From Anaerolineales bacterium (GTDB lineage Bacteria; Chloroflexota; Anaerolineae; UBA1429), in the NCBI GenBank assembly GCA_039680625.1, contig JBDKSN010000075.1, positions 1-54,744 of the forward strand: a stretch of 54,744 bases of DNA. Reading direction: 5' to 3'. Numbering within the stretch: position 1 is the first letter of the stretch; the number at the start of each line of letters is the position of its first letter. Shown here piece by piece: positions 44,194 to 52,814 of this stretch. A program made the position numbers and the translations under genes. The notes under the pieces were generated by a model, which was not told the origin of the DNA, ran no database searches, and saw only the letters and a program-made list of their open reading frames with translations.

Positions 44194-46464
44194 CTAGATA
44201 GACGCTGCGGGCGTTGGCGAGGGTTCGGCCAGGCCGTGGGCGCGCAGCGCACGCTCGTACAGGTCGCAGCGCAGCCGCACGGGGCTACTCGGAGTGATCA
44301 CGCCGATCAGCTCGAGCGTGGCCAGCGCGGGATCGCTGCGCGTAAAGCGCAGGCGCTCGCCCGCCAGGATCTGGCGCAGACGAGCGCTGGCCGCAGGATC
44401 GGCGGCCACCCGCGCCACCGTGGCAGCGAGATGCTCGTCGGTCGCCAGCATGTTGTCCACAGCGTCGGCGATGGTCTGACGGTCGATGCTGACCACTTGA
44501 TGCCGTTGCAGCCAAGCACAGAGCTGCATGGTCAGGTAAGGGTGCCCGCCCGTGGCCTGCAACACGAGTTGCGGCGCCTCTTCACTGATGTGCACGCCCT
44601 GCGTGGCGAATTGCGCCAGGATGCCGCCGATCTGCAACACATCCAGGTCGCCCAGGTAGATGCACTCGGCGACGTGCAGCGGCGAGTTGCGCTGGCTGGC
44701 CAGATTGCGCAAATCGAGCGCCCCGGCGAGCACGAAAAAGTACTTGGCCAAGGGGCCATCGGTGCCGCGTGCTCGCACCAAGATCGAGCGCAGTGCGGCC
44801 CACACGCCCGCAGTGACGTCGGCCGGCAGGCGATCCAGCTGATCGAGCAGCACGGTGATGCGCGGCGTCGGACTGGCTGCGGCCAACGCCTCGAGCAGCG
44901 CGAGCCAGTCGGCAGCGGTGGTGATCTCGTCCAGCGGGTGCGCGGCCAGTGCGTTCGCGATGGGCGAGGCCTGGCGCAATACGGCCTGCCGCACGCGGCG
45001 CAGCGGGCCACCTTGCGCCGCCCAATCGGCATCGAGTTGCGCCGCGATGGCCTGCGCCACATAGCGCAAGCAGCCGACCAGATCGGCGTCCGACAGCGCG
45101 GCCAGGTCGCTATACACGCACGACTGCTCGGCGCGCAGTTCCTCTTGCACCTGCAAGAGCAGGGTCGTTTTACCGCTATAGGGCGAGCCAAGGACGACGA
45201 CATATTGCGCAATGGCCGGTTGCCGGGCCATCTTCAGGATGCGCGCCATCTCATCACGGCGCAGCCGCAAGGCGCCACTCTCGCCCGACCGCAGCGGCCC
45301 ATGCGTTACCCAGGCTTGCTCGGCCGTGCGGGTAACCGGCCTTGGCACCGTTTGAGCCGCAGGCGAAGAGGCCTGCGTCGCGACGGCCTCGGCCTCCTCG
45401 GCCTCCGACGTCTTGCGCGCAGCGAGCCACAGTTTGCCCGACAGCGAGCGCATATAGAGCACTGGCGCCGCCCAATCGGCAGGCTCTCCGCCGGCGGTGC
45501 TGATGGCCAGGCGCCCCTCGGTCATACACTCGTCCATCGTCAGGTCGAGCGACACGGCACGATAAAAGGCGCTGCCAAAGCGCGTCGCCGCCTCATCTTC
45601 TACGGGCCACTGCATGGCAATGACGGCGGGCATATCGCCGCGCATCAGCGCCGCAGCCAGGCCCATGATCTGGCCGCGTGCTGTGTTGCAGGCATTTAGG
45701 AAGACGAGCTGGGTCTTGTGACGGCAGAGCAGTCGCGCGAGCGCTCGCGCTTCGAGCGGCGCCGCATCGCCATGGGCATCTTCGAACAAGAGCGAGCCGG
45801 TCTGTCGCGTGGCGTCATACTCGCCATGCCCCACAAAGTGCACGATCTCGGGCATCACCTCGATGAGGCGCTCCTGCAGGCCCTGCGGGGTGGCGTGCGC
45901 ACACACGACCAGGTTGATGCGCCCCTGATCGATGAGCTCTTGCAGCGAACTCTGCACCAGCGCGACCTCATGCTCCCAGTCGAGCGGGGGGCGGTTGTAG
46001 GGAGAGGCCGCGACCACCAACACCGTCAAGCGGCCGGCTGTGATCGGCTCGGGCTGGGGGCTGGGGATGCGGGCGTAGCGTGCGATAGAGACGCGCCGAT
46101 CATAGATCACATAGTCTTGCCGAGCCGGATCATACAACAGCTCCCAGGGGAGCTGGGCCAGGCGGCCATCGTCAGTGTGGATGCGCAGACGCAGGCCGCG
46201 GCGCCGATCGATCGCACACTGATAGCTCCGGCCCCAGGCATCACGGATGCCGTCGGCAAAGACGTTCTGCCAGAGGAGCTGCCCCAAGCGCTGGGCGTTG
46301 TCTTCGGCATAGAGCAGGCGCTCGCCCTGCGCCTCTGGCTCGATATCGAGGCGCACGCGTTGGGGTGGCACCTCGCCCGCGGGCGATTGCAGCACCTCGG
46401 CAAGCATATCCCTGGACGTCGGGTCCCAGTCAGAGACGCGTAGATCCAGGCTCAAGTACAGCAT
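44194..46464 (-). CDS. CHAT-domain (caspase-like) protease fused to a P-loop STAND/AAA_35-like NTPase
   Basis: 756 aa with LPWELLYD, the His motif EIVHFVGHGEY, the Cys motif LVFLNACNTARG, Walker A VVLGSPYSGKTTLL, Walker B ITVLLDQLD and TGGHPYLT. Minus-strand promoter TTGACG-18-TATAAT at 46501-46530. GAGGAG RBS. Confidence 0.85.
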   Translation of the reverse strand: MLYLSLDLRVSDWDPTSRDMLAEVLQSPAGEVPPQRVRLDIEPEAQGERLLYAEDNAQRLGQLLWQNVFADGIRDAWGRSYQCAIDRRRGLRLRIHTDDGRLAQLPWELLYDPARQDYVIYDRRVSIARYARIPSPQPEPITAGRLTVLVVAASPYNRPPLDWEHEVALVQSSLQELIDQGRINLVVCAHATPQGLQERLIEVMPEIVHFVGHGEYDATRQTGSLLFEDAHGDAAPLEARALARLLCRHKTQLVFLNACNTARGQIMGLAAALMRGDMPAVIAMQWPVEDEAATRFGSAFYRAVSLDLTMDECMTEGRLAISTAGGEPADWAAPVLYMRSLSGKLWLAARKTSEAEEAEAVATQASSPAAQTVPRPVTRTAEQAWVTHGPLRSGESGALRLRRDEMARILKMARQPAIAQYVVVLGSPYSGKTTLLLQVQEELRAEQSCVYSDLAALSDADLVGCLRYVAQAIAAQLDADWAAQGGPLRRVRQAVLRQASPIANALAAHPLDEITTAADWLALLEALAAASPTPRITVLLDQLDRLPADVTAGVWAALRSILVRARGTDGPLAKYFFVLAGALDLRNLASQRNSPLHVAECIYLGDLDVLQIGGILAQFATQGVHISEEAPQLVLQATGGHPYLTMQLCAWLQRHQVVSIDRQTIADAVDNMLATDEHLAATVARVAADPAASARLRQILAGERLRFTRSDPALATLELIGVITPSSPVRLRCDLYERALRAHGLAEPSPTPAASI

Positions 46465-46634
46465 CGACTCCTCTAGACAGACCAGCCCTCATTGCCGGGC
46501 ATTATAGCCGCCTCGCGCGAGAGGCGTCAAGCATCGACGTAAAGCTGGCGAGAGGGCGTGGGGAGTTGGCCTCGGTTGACGCCAGGGGGCACAGTCGGGC
46601 TATAATGGCGGCAGCTCACCCCGAGGCGCTCGCC

Positions 46635-47345
46635 ATGAACATCGACGAACTCAAACGGCAGGCAGGCGTGTATGCTGCTGGCTTGGTGCAAGACGGCATG
46701 GTGGTGGGGCTGGGCAGCGGCTCGACAGCCCGCTTTGCCACCGAGCACATCGGCGCGCGGCTGGCGGCCGGCGACTTGCGGCATATCGTCGGCGTGCCCA
46801 CCTCAGAAGAGACAGCGCGCCTGGCACGGACGCTGGGCATCCCCCTGACCGACCTCGACCAACAGCTCTTTTGCGATCTGACGATCGATGGCGCCGACGA
46901 AGTCGACCCCGCGCTGAACGTGATCAAGGGCCTTGGCGGCTGCTTGCTCCGTGAAAAGATCGTGGCCTACAACACCTGCCGCGAGGTCATCGTGGTCGAT
47001 CAACGCAAGGTCTCGCCTCGCCTAGGGATCGTCAGCCCCGTGCCCGTCGAGGTGGTGCGCTTTGGCTGGCAGCGCACGCGCGAGGCCCTCGCCCGTACTG
47101 GCACCCAACCTGTGCTCCGGTTGCGCGACGGTCACCCCTTTGTCACCGATGAGGGCCACTATATCCTCGATTGCCGCTATACTGAGCCTTTCGCCCCGCA
47201 CGAACTCTCTCAGCGCTTGCACGCCATCCCCGGCGTTGTCGAACATGGGATATTCATCGGCCTGGCGAGCGAGGTCATCGTGGCCACGCCCCAGGGCATA
47301 GGCCTGCTGGACGTGCAGTCGGGCCAAGTCCGTTTGACAGCCTGA
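46635..47345 (+). CDS. rpiA: Ribose-5-phosphate isomerase A
   Basis: ATG 46635 gives MNIDELKRQAG..AA.LVQDGMVVGLGSGSTA...IDGADEVDP.LN.IKG.GG.LLREKIVA. 236 aa. Confidence 0.9.
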   Translation: MNIDELKRQAGVYAAGLVQDGMVVGLGSGSTARFATEHIGARLAAGDLRHIVGVPTSEETARLARTLGIPLTDLDQQLFCDLTIDGADEVDPALNVIKGLGGCLLREKIVAYNTCREVIVVDQRKVSPRLGIVSPVPVEVVRFGWQRTREALARTGTQPVLRLRDGHPFVTDEGHYILDCRYTEPFAPHELSQRLHAIPGVVEHGIFIGLASEVIVATPQGIGLLDVQSGQVRLTA

Positions 47346-47362
47346 AAGCCTCTGGCTAGAAT
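47334..47362 (+). promoter_or_regulatory. Strong sigma70-type promoter overlapping the rpiA stop (TTGACA-17 nt-TAGAAT)
   Basis: Read directly. Confidence 0.6.
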
Positions 47363-47368
47363 GTCGCA

Positions 47369-47495
47369 GTTTTGCGAGAGGTGTCGCGGCAAATGCGCCT
47401 ACGAACGTGGCGGGCTGAGATCGTGCCCCTAGGTGGCGCGGCCCCTCTTTCCTTGTTTTGCTGAGCGGAGACCTCAAGGTCTCCGCCTTTTTTTT
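47369..47495 (+). ncRNA. Promoter-to-terminator unit of about 125 nt: candidate riboswitch/attenuator leader of the nucleobase permease, or an independent small RNA (class not recognised)
   Basis: Bounded by the promoter above and a strong terminator, GCGGAGACC-TCAA-GGTCTCCGC plus 8 T (47465-47495). It contains no ORF with an RBS. Confidence 0.35.
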
Positions 47496-47618
47496 GCACT
47501 TTGCTGGATCTTGGGGTGAGAGCGCTCTTGTCGCAAGAGTGCTTGGCGTTCGGCCAACGTTGGCCGGCGAATACAACGGCGTCATCGGCAGTCGTCTCAG
47601 CGGTGAAAGGAGAATGCA

Positions 47619-48989
47619 GTGGCAGCGCAGACCAGACCCATCGGCTATCTGCCCCAAGACCGTCCGCCCTTGGCGGAGATGGTCACCCTCGGCCTACAGC
47701 ACGTCATCACGATGTTCCCATCGACGGTGCTCGTGGCCATCCTCACCGGTTTCGACGTCGGCGTCACGCTGTTCGCCAGCGGTCTGGCCACGGTGGTGGC
47801 GCTCTTGCTCTCGGGCAAGCGCATCCCGCTCTACTATGGCTCTAGCTTTTCGTACATCGCAGCTATCGTAGGCGTGGTGGGCGCCGAGTGGGGCGGCGTC
47901 CGCGTGGCCCAGGGTGGCATCGTCGCCACGGCGCTGGTCTCGGTCATCGCGGGACTGGTGATCCGCGCGTCGGGCAAAGAGGCACTCGACCGCGTGTTGC
48001 CGCCGGTGATCACCGGCTCGGTGGCCATCGTGATCGGCATCTCGCTAGCCAAGACCGCACTCGACATGGCGTCGAGCGACTGGCTGATCTCGGGCGTCAC
48101 GCTGCTGGTGACCATCCTGTTCTCGGTCTATCTGCGGGGCAAGGGATTCCTGGGGATGATCCCGGTGCTCCTGGGCGCGTTGGTCGGTTACATCTTTGCG
48201 AAGAGTATCGAGGCCAGCCGCTTCTTGGCTGCGCTCGGCTCTTCGCGAGAGCTGATGAGCTTTGGCGATGGCCTCTCGACGACGCTGGGCAAACTCTTTG
48301 CGCCAGTGGCTGCCGCCGATTGGCTGCGTCGGCCCGATTTTACTTTCCCCATCTTCAAGTGGCCGGCCATCATCGCCATCGCGCCCATCGCCATCGCCAC
48401 GATCCCCGAGTCGACGGCGCACGTCTATCAGATCAGCCTCTACGTCGACACGCTGGCCGAGGACCTGGGCCGCAAACCGCTGAACATCAAGAACTTGGTG
48501 GGTTTGAACCTGATCCTGGACGGCATCGGCGATGCGATCAACGGCCTACTCGGCGGCTGCGCGGGCACCAACTATGGCGAGAACAACTCGCTCATGGCCA
48601 TCACGCGGAACTATTCCGGCCCGGTGCTGATCTGCGCCGGCGTCATCGCCATGGTGCTCAGCTTTGTGGGCAAACTCTCGGCTGTGGTCGAGACGCTGCC
48701 CACCGCGGTCACCGGCGGCCTGGCGATCTTTTTGTTCGGGGTGATCGGCCTGCAGGGTGTGGCGCTGATGCAGTCAGAGAAAGTCGATCTGTTTGACCCC
48801 AAACAGCTCGCCATCGGCGCGGTCATCCTCGTCGTGGGCATCGGCGGCGCGATGTTCCCGGGCGGCAACCTGCCGGTGAGCATCCCTGGCGTCTTCCCCG
48901 ATGGCCTGCCCGCCATCGCCACCGCGGCAGTGCTCGGCATCGTGCTCAACCTCATCTTTCTCCTCTTCCCCGACAAGAACAAGAAGTAG
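47619..48989 (+). CDS. NCS2 family nucleobase:cation symporter (uracil/xanthine permease-like)
   Basis: AAAGGAG RBS then GTG 47619. 456 aa with LGLQHVITMFPSTVLVA, IPESTAHV and NYGENNSLMAITR, as expected for NCS2/UraA-PbuX permeases. Confidence 0.9.
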   Translation: MAAQTRPIGYLPQDRPPLAEMVTLGLQHVITMFPSTVLVAILTGFDVGVTLFASGLATVVALLLSGKRIPLYYGSSFSYIAAIVGVVGAEWGGVRVAQGGIVATALVSVIAGLVIRASGKEALDRVLPPVITGSVAIVIGISLAKTALDMASSDWLISGVTLLVTILFSVYLRGKGFLGMIPVLLGALVGYIFAKSIEASRFLAALGSSRELMSFGDGLSTTLGKLFAPVAAADWLRRPDFTFPIFKWPAIIAIAPIAIATIPESTAHVYQISLYVDTLAEDLGRKPLNIKNLVGLNLILDGIGDAINGLLGGCAGTNYGENNSLMAITRNYSGPVLICAGVIAMVLSFVGKLSAVVETLPTAVTGGLAIFLFGVIGLQGVALMQSEKVDLFDPKQLAIGAVILVVGIGGAMFPGGNLPVSIPGVFPDGLPAIATAAVLGIVLNLIFLLFPDKNKK

Positions 48990-49006
48990 CTTACTCAATG
49001 CTGTTG

Positions 49007-49030
49007 GGGGCAGGCGAGGGCCTGCCCCCG
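49007..49030 (+). terminator. GC-rich 10-bp hairpin (GGGGGCAGGC-GAGG-GCCTGCCCCC) after the permease gene; no U-tract
   Basis: Read directly. Confidence 0.4.
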
Positions 49031-49143
49031 CTGCTCAGGGCGAGTGAGCACAGGTTCCGAGTGCCATCCGGCGTAGCCCGTTTGTCTCCATGGTGAGCCA
49101 GGCTATATAGTAGGGCAGCCTCTATGATGGGACGTGGTACAAG

Positions 49144-50163
49144 ATGGCGCACATGCTCACGTTTCCCCCGGGCAAGCTGCCCCTCGAGTTCATGCACAAG
49201 CTCTTGTCGCGCTATGCCGTCGACGATGAGCGCCTGGTGGCCGGGCCGGGCATCGGCGTCGACGTGGCGGTGATCGACAACGGCGACCGCTACATGGTGA
49301 TCAAGACAGACCCAATCACCTTTGCCACCGATCAGATCGGCTGGTATGCGGTCAACATCAACGCCAACGACATCGCCACCAGCGGGGCGCAACCGCTGTG
49401 GATGCTCAACGCGGTGCTGTTGCCCGAACAGGGGACCACCGCCGCCCTCGTCGAGGAGATCTTTACCCAAATCCACGCGGCTTGCCGCGCGATCGGTGTG
49501 ACTGCCGTGGGGGGGCATACCGAGGTGGTGCACGATCTGCCCCGGCCCATCGTCGTCGGCGTGATGATTGGCGAGGTGGCCAAAGACCGCTTGTTGACCA
49601 CGCAAGGGATGCAGGTGGGCGACGCGATCGTGTTGGTCAAGAGCATCCCCATCGAGGCCACGGCGATCATCGCGCGGGAAAAGGCCGCGGTGCTCCGCGA
49701 ACGCGGTGTGCCCGAAGAGACCATCGCACGTGCCCAGCACTATCTATACGACCCCGGCATCTCGCTGCTGGCCCCCGCGCGGCTGGCGGCGAATTGCCCC
49801 GGCGTGCACGCCATGCACGACCCAACGGAGGGCGGCCTGGCCAGCGGCCTGCACGAGGTGGCCCTGGCGGCCCATACGGGCATCGAGGTGTGGGCCGAGG
49901 CGATCTCGGTCGCACCCGAAGGCCAGCTGCTGTGCGATCTGCTCGGGCTGGACGTGTTGGGCACCATCGCCTCTGGCGCGCTGATCGTCGCCGTGGCTGC
50001 TGAGCAGGCCGACACTCTGCTCGCCGCGCTACGGGCGAGCGACTATCCGGCGGCGGTCATCGGGCGCGCCACCCCGGCAGACGAGGGGCGCGTATTGGTG
50101 CGCGGCGGCCAGCGCCTGCCGCTGCCCGAGTTCGCTCGCGACGAGATTGCCCGCATCTTTTAG
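49144..50163 (+). CDS. AIR synthase-related (PurM/HypE/ThiL superfamily) protein
   Basis: 339 aa with GVDVAVID, IKTDPITF, NINANDIATSGAQPLW and VGGHTEV. It lacks the SelD N-terminal Cys/Sec loop. Confidence 0.8.
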   Translation: MAHMLTFPPGKLPLEFMHKLLSRYAVDDERLVAGPGIGVDVAVIDNGDRYMVIKTDPITFATDQIGWYAVNINANDIATSGAQPLWMLNAVLLPEQGTTAALVEEIFTQIHAACRAIGVTAVGGHTEVVHDLPRPIVVGVMIGEVAKDRLLTTQGMQVGDAIVLVKSIPIEATAIIAREKAAVLRERGVPEETIARAQHYLYDPGISLLAPARLAANCPGVHAMHDPTEGGLASGLHEVALAAHTGIEVWAEAISVAPEGQLLCDLLGLDVLGTIASGALIVAVAAEQADTLLAALRASDYPAAVIGRATPADEGRVLVRGGQRLPLPEFARDEIARIF

Positions 50164-52793
50164 CCCGTGGGCGGGCGTAGCGCCTGCTCGGCCAGGGTGC
50201 CAGCCAGGGCCTGCTCTTGTTCGAGCGTCTCGACCTGGCCGTCGAGCAGGGCAGTCTGCAAGCGATCGAGGATGACGCGGTAGATCGGCCCCGGCGGCAG
50301 GCCCAACGAACGAAGGTAGTGGCCGTCGACGCGCGGCCTCAAGGTTGCCAGCTCGCGCTCGTAAAGGTCTAGGCGAGCCTGCACCACCGGTGAGTCGGTG
50401 AGCACCGAGAGCACAAAGCGGGCCTCTCGCGAATAGGGCCGCAACAGGTGATAGAGGGTGCTGCGCAACAAGGCCCGCGCGCCCAGGTCGGGGAGGCACT
50501 CGCGCAGGGCCGAGACCTCACGCAATAGACGAGCATCGCGCGTCGAGCAGTGCAGCCGCTCGGTCAAGGTGTCGAGCTCGGCAGAGGTCATGCTACTGGT
50601 GAGCAAGGCCAGATAGGCCAGGCCCAGCGCTGGTGCGTCTGGCTCTTGGTCCTCCTCGGCACCGTCTTTGGCCGCTGCCGTCAGTGGTTGGGGCCAAGAG
50701 CTGAACCGTTCGCGCAGCCGTGCAAAGAGCGCCGGCATCTCGCGGGTCCAGTGCAGTGCCGGGTGAATGTGCGCCAACGCCCCCAGACGCGACAGTCGCT
50801 CCAGCCCCTTCTCCGGCTCCGCCTCATCGAGTAGCAGATACAGCTCGTGGCGCAGCCTCTCGCCGGTGACGTTATCGAGCAGGTCGATCGCGTCGTCGAT
50901 CAGGCTGGCCGTGCGCTCTTCGATCGTAAAGCCCAGGCGCTGCTCAAAGCGCACGGCGCGGAGGATGCGCGTCGGGTCTTCGACAAAGCTCAGATTGTGC
51001 AACACCTGGATGCGCCGCTGCTGCAGATCGCGCTCGCCCCCATAATAGTCGAGCAGCTCGCCATAGCGCTCGCGGTCGAGGCAAATGGCCATCGTGTTGA
51101 TCGTAAAGTCGCGCCGGTAGAGGTCTTGCTTGATCGAGCTGCGCTCGACGGTGGGCAACACCGTGGGCCGCTCATAGAACTCGGTGCGCGCGGTGACAAA
51201 ATCGAGCGCGGCGGGCACGCCCGCAGGCCGGTCTGCCGGCAAGATGATCTTGGCCGTGCCAAAGCGGCCGTGGCTACGCACCCGCGCGCCCAGTTGCGGC
51301 GCCAGCACTCGAGCCATATGGATGGCATCGCCCTCGACTACCAGGTCTAGGTCGAGGGTGGGCGTGCCCAACAACAGATCGCGCACAAAGCCGCCCACGA
51401 CATACAGCGCATAGCCCAAGTCATTGGCCACATCGCGCGCGGTGAGCAGCAGATGGTGCAGCTCGTCGGGCAGAGCGTCGGCCATCAGCCGCTGGATCTC
51501 GCTCGCCCGCGAGGCATGATGGTTGGGCGTCCACAGTTTGATCAAGTCGGTGCGAGTGACGATGCCCACAAAGCGGCCATTGCGCACCACAGGCACCTGG
51601 CCGAGGCTGTGTTCGATCATCACCTGTTGCACGCGCTCGACGGGCGCGTCGGGGTCGACGCTCACGGCGCCCGTATAGAGCACCGTGCGCACGGGCATAT
51701 CGCCCAGCCGATGATGTAGCGCGCGGTCGATGTCGCTGCGGGTGACGATGCCGATCAGGTGCTCGTCATCGCTCACCACGGGAAAGCCCTCGTGCCCATA
51801 GCGTCGCATGAGTTGCGCGGCGTCGCGGATAGTGATGTCGGCGGTGAGGGTATGCACATTCGTCGACATGATCTGGCGCACCCGTACGGGGGGAGCCACG
51901 AGCTCGGCCAGGGCGTCGAGCAAGGCGCGTTCGAGCGTGGCCAGGTCGGCGTGCTCGATACGGCCGGCCGCCGCCTTGTCGTGCCCACCGCCGCCAAAGC
52001 GGCGTAGCAACTCGCCCACATCGATGGCATCGGTGGTGCTGCGCGCGATCAACTGCACGCTATCCTCAAACTGGGCGAGCATCAGGCAGGCATCGGGTTC
52101 GTACACATCCATCAGCGGGTGGATCAGCGAGGACAGCTCATCGACATACTCGTCGAGCTGGACAGAGGCCACACAGATGCTCCTCCCGCTGATGTTGTGC
52201 ATCTGCGCGCCGGCGAGCAGCTCGTTGAGCACCGCACGCTGCTCGGCCGTCAACGGCAGCGAGAGAAACTGGTTGACCAGGGCGAGGTCGGCGCCTGCTT
52301 CGAGCAGCCAGCTCGCGGCGCGCGCATCGCGATAGGTGGTGGTGAGGAACGAGAGCGCGCCCGTGTCCTCATAGATGCCCATCAAGAGCAGGCTGGCGCC
52401 GAGGCGCGAGAGGCTCAGCCCCTGTTCGTGGATGCGCTCCAAGAGCAGCGTCGTGCAAGCGCCGGTGGTCTCGCGCAAGAGCACCGTGGCGCCCTCCATG
52501 CCGTCTTGGGCCTCATGATGGTCGATCAGCGAAATGCGCGTACTCGGCGTCATCCCACGCATCGGCGAGACGGCCTGCGTATCGACCAACAGCAGGTCGG
52601 TGATCGTGCGATGGCCGATCCGCTCGCGCTCGATAAAGGGCAGCGAGTCTTGGTAGAGCGTGGCCAGGTCGCGCACGTTGCGATTGAGCTTGATGGGCAG
52701 CACTGCCTCATACTCGGGGTAGAGCAGCTTGGCCGCGTACATGGATGCGAGGGCATCCATGTCGGTGCGCTCATGGCTGGTGATGATCTTCAT
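50160..52793 (-). CDS. Multidomain DHH/DHHA1 phosphoesterase - tandem CBS - tRNA nucleotidyltransferase (CCA-adding/poly(A) polymerase family) protein
   Basis: 877 aa with SHERTDMDALAS, LIDHHE, FGGGGHDKAAAG, a CBS pair (VRQIMSTNV..., GQVPVVRNGRFVGIVTRTDL), and then YVVGGFVRDLLLG.PT.DLDLVVEGDA and RRDFTINTMA. Confidence 0.85.
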   Translation of the reverse strand: MKIITSHERTDMDALASMYAAKLLYPEYEAVLPIKLNRNVRDLATLYQDSLPFIERERIGHRTITDLLLVDTQAVSPMRGMTPSTRISLIDHHEAQDGMEGATVLLRETTGACTTLLLERIHEQGLSLSRLGASLLLMGIYEDTGALSFLTTTYRDARAASWLLEAGADLALVNQFLSLPLTAEQRAVLNELLAGAQMHNISGRSICVASVQLDEYVDELSSLIHPLMDVYEPDACLMLAQFEDSVQLIARSTTDAIDVGELLRRFGGGGHDKAAAGRIEHADLATLERALLDALAELVAPPVRVRQIMSTNVHTLTADITIRDAAQLMRRYGHEGFPVVSDDEHLIGIVTRSDIDRALHHRLGDMPVRTVLYTGAVSVDPDAPVERVQQVMIEHSLGQVPVVRNGRFVGIVTRTDLIKLWTPNHHASRASEIQRLMADALPDELHHLLLTARDVANDLGYALYVVGGFVRDLLLGTPTLDLDLVVEGDAIHMARVLAPQLGARVRSHGRFGTAKIILPADRPAGVPAALDFVTARTEFYERPTVLPTVERSSIKQDLYRRDFTINTMAICLDRERYGELLDYYGGERDLQQRRIQVLHNLSFVEDPTRILRAVRFEQRLGFTIEERTASLIDDAIDLLDNVTGERLRHELYLLLDEAEPEKGLERLSRLGALAHIHPALHWTREMPALFARLRERFSSWPQPLTAAAKDGAEEDQEPDAPALGLAYLALLTSSMTSAELDTLTERLHCSTRDARLLREVSALRECLPDLGARALLRSTLYHLLRPYSREARFVLSVLTDSPVVQARLDLYERELATLRPRVDGHYLRSLGLPPGPIYRVILDRLQTALLDGQVETLEQEQALAGTLAEQALRPPTG

Positions 52794-52814
52794 CGCCTGG
52801 CCCGCCTCTCGGGC

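Noticed and set aside
46576-46606. rpiA promoter TTGACG-19 nt-TATAAT
   Set aside because: The -10 is perfect, but the 19-nt spacer is longer than the usual 16-18 nt. It probably is the promoter using a shifted -35, but I did not list it as a supported feature.
47369-47495. Purine riboswitch or PyrR attenuator upstream of the NCS2 permease
   Set aside because: I could not find the conserved purine-riboswitch junction and loop nucleotides or the PyrR-binding UCCAGAGAGG loop. The unit is reported as unclassified rather than assigned to these classes.
49144-50163. AIR-synthase-like protein as SelD (selenophosphate synthetase), which would support the Sec reading of the TGA at 887-889
   Set aside because: It has the PurM-superfamily core but lacks the SelD N-terminal Gly-rich Cys/Sec loop (GCK-type). 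Its N-terminus (MAHMLTFPPGKLPLEFMHKLL) looks like the HypE/ThiL-related 'AIR synthase related' group. It provides no support for Sec usage.
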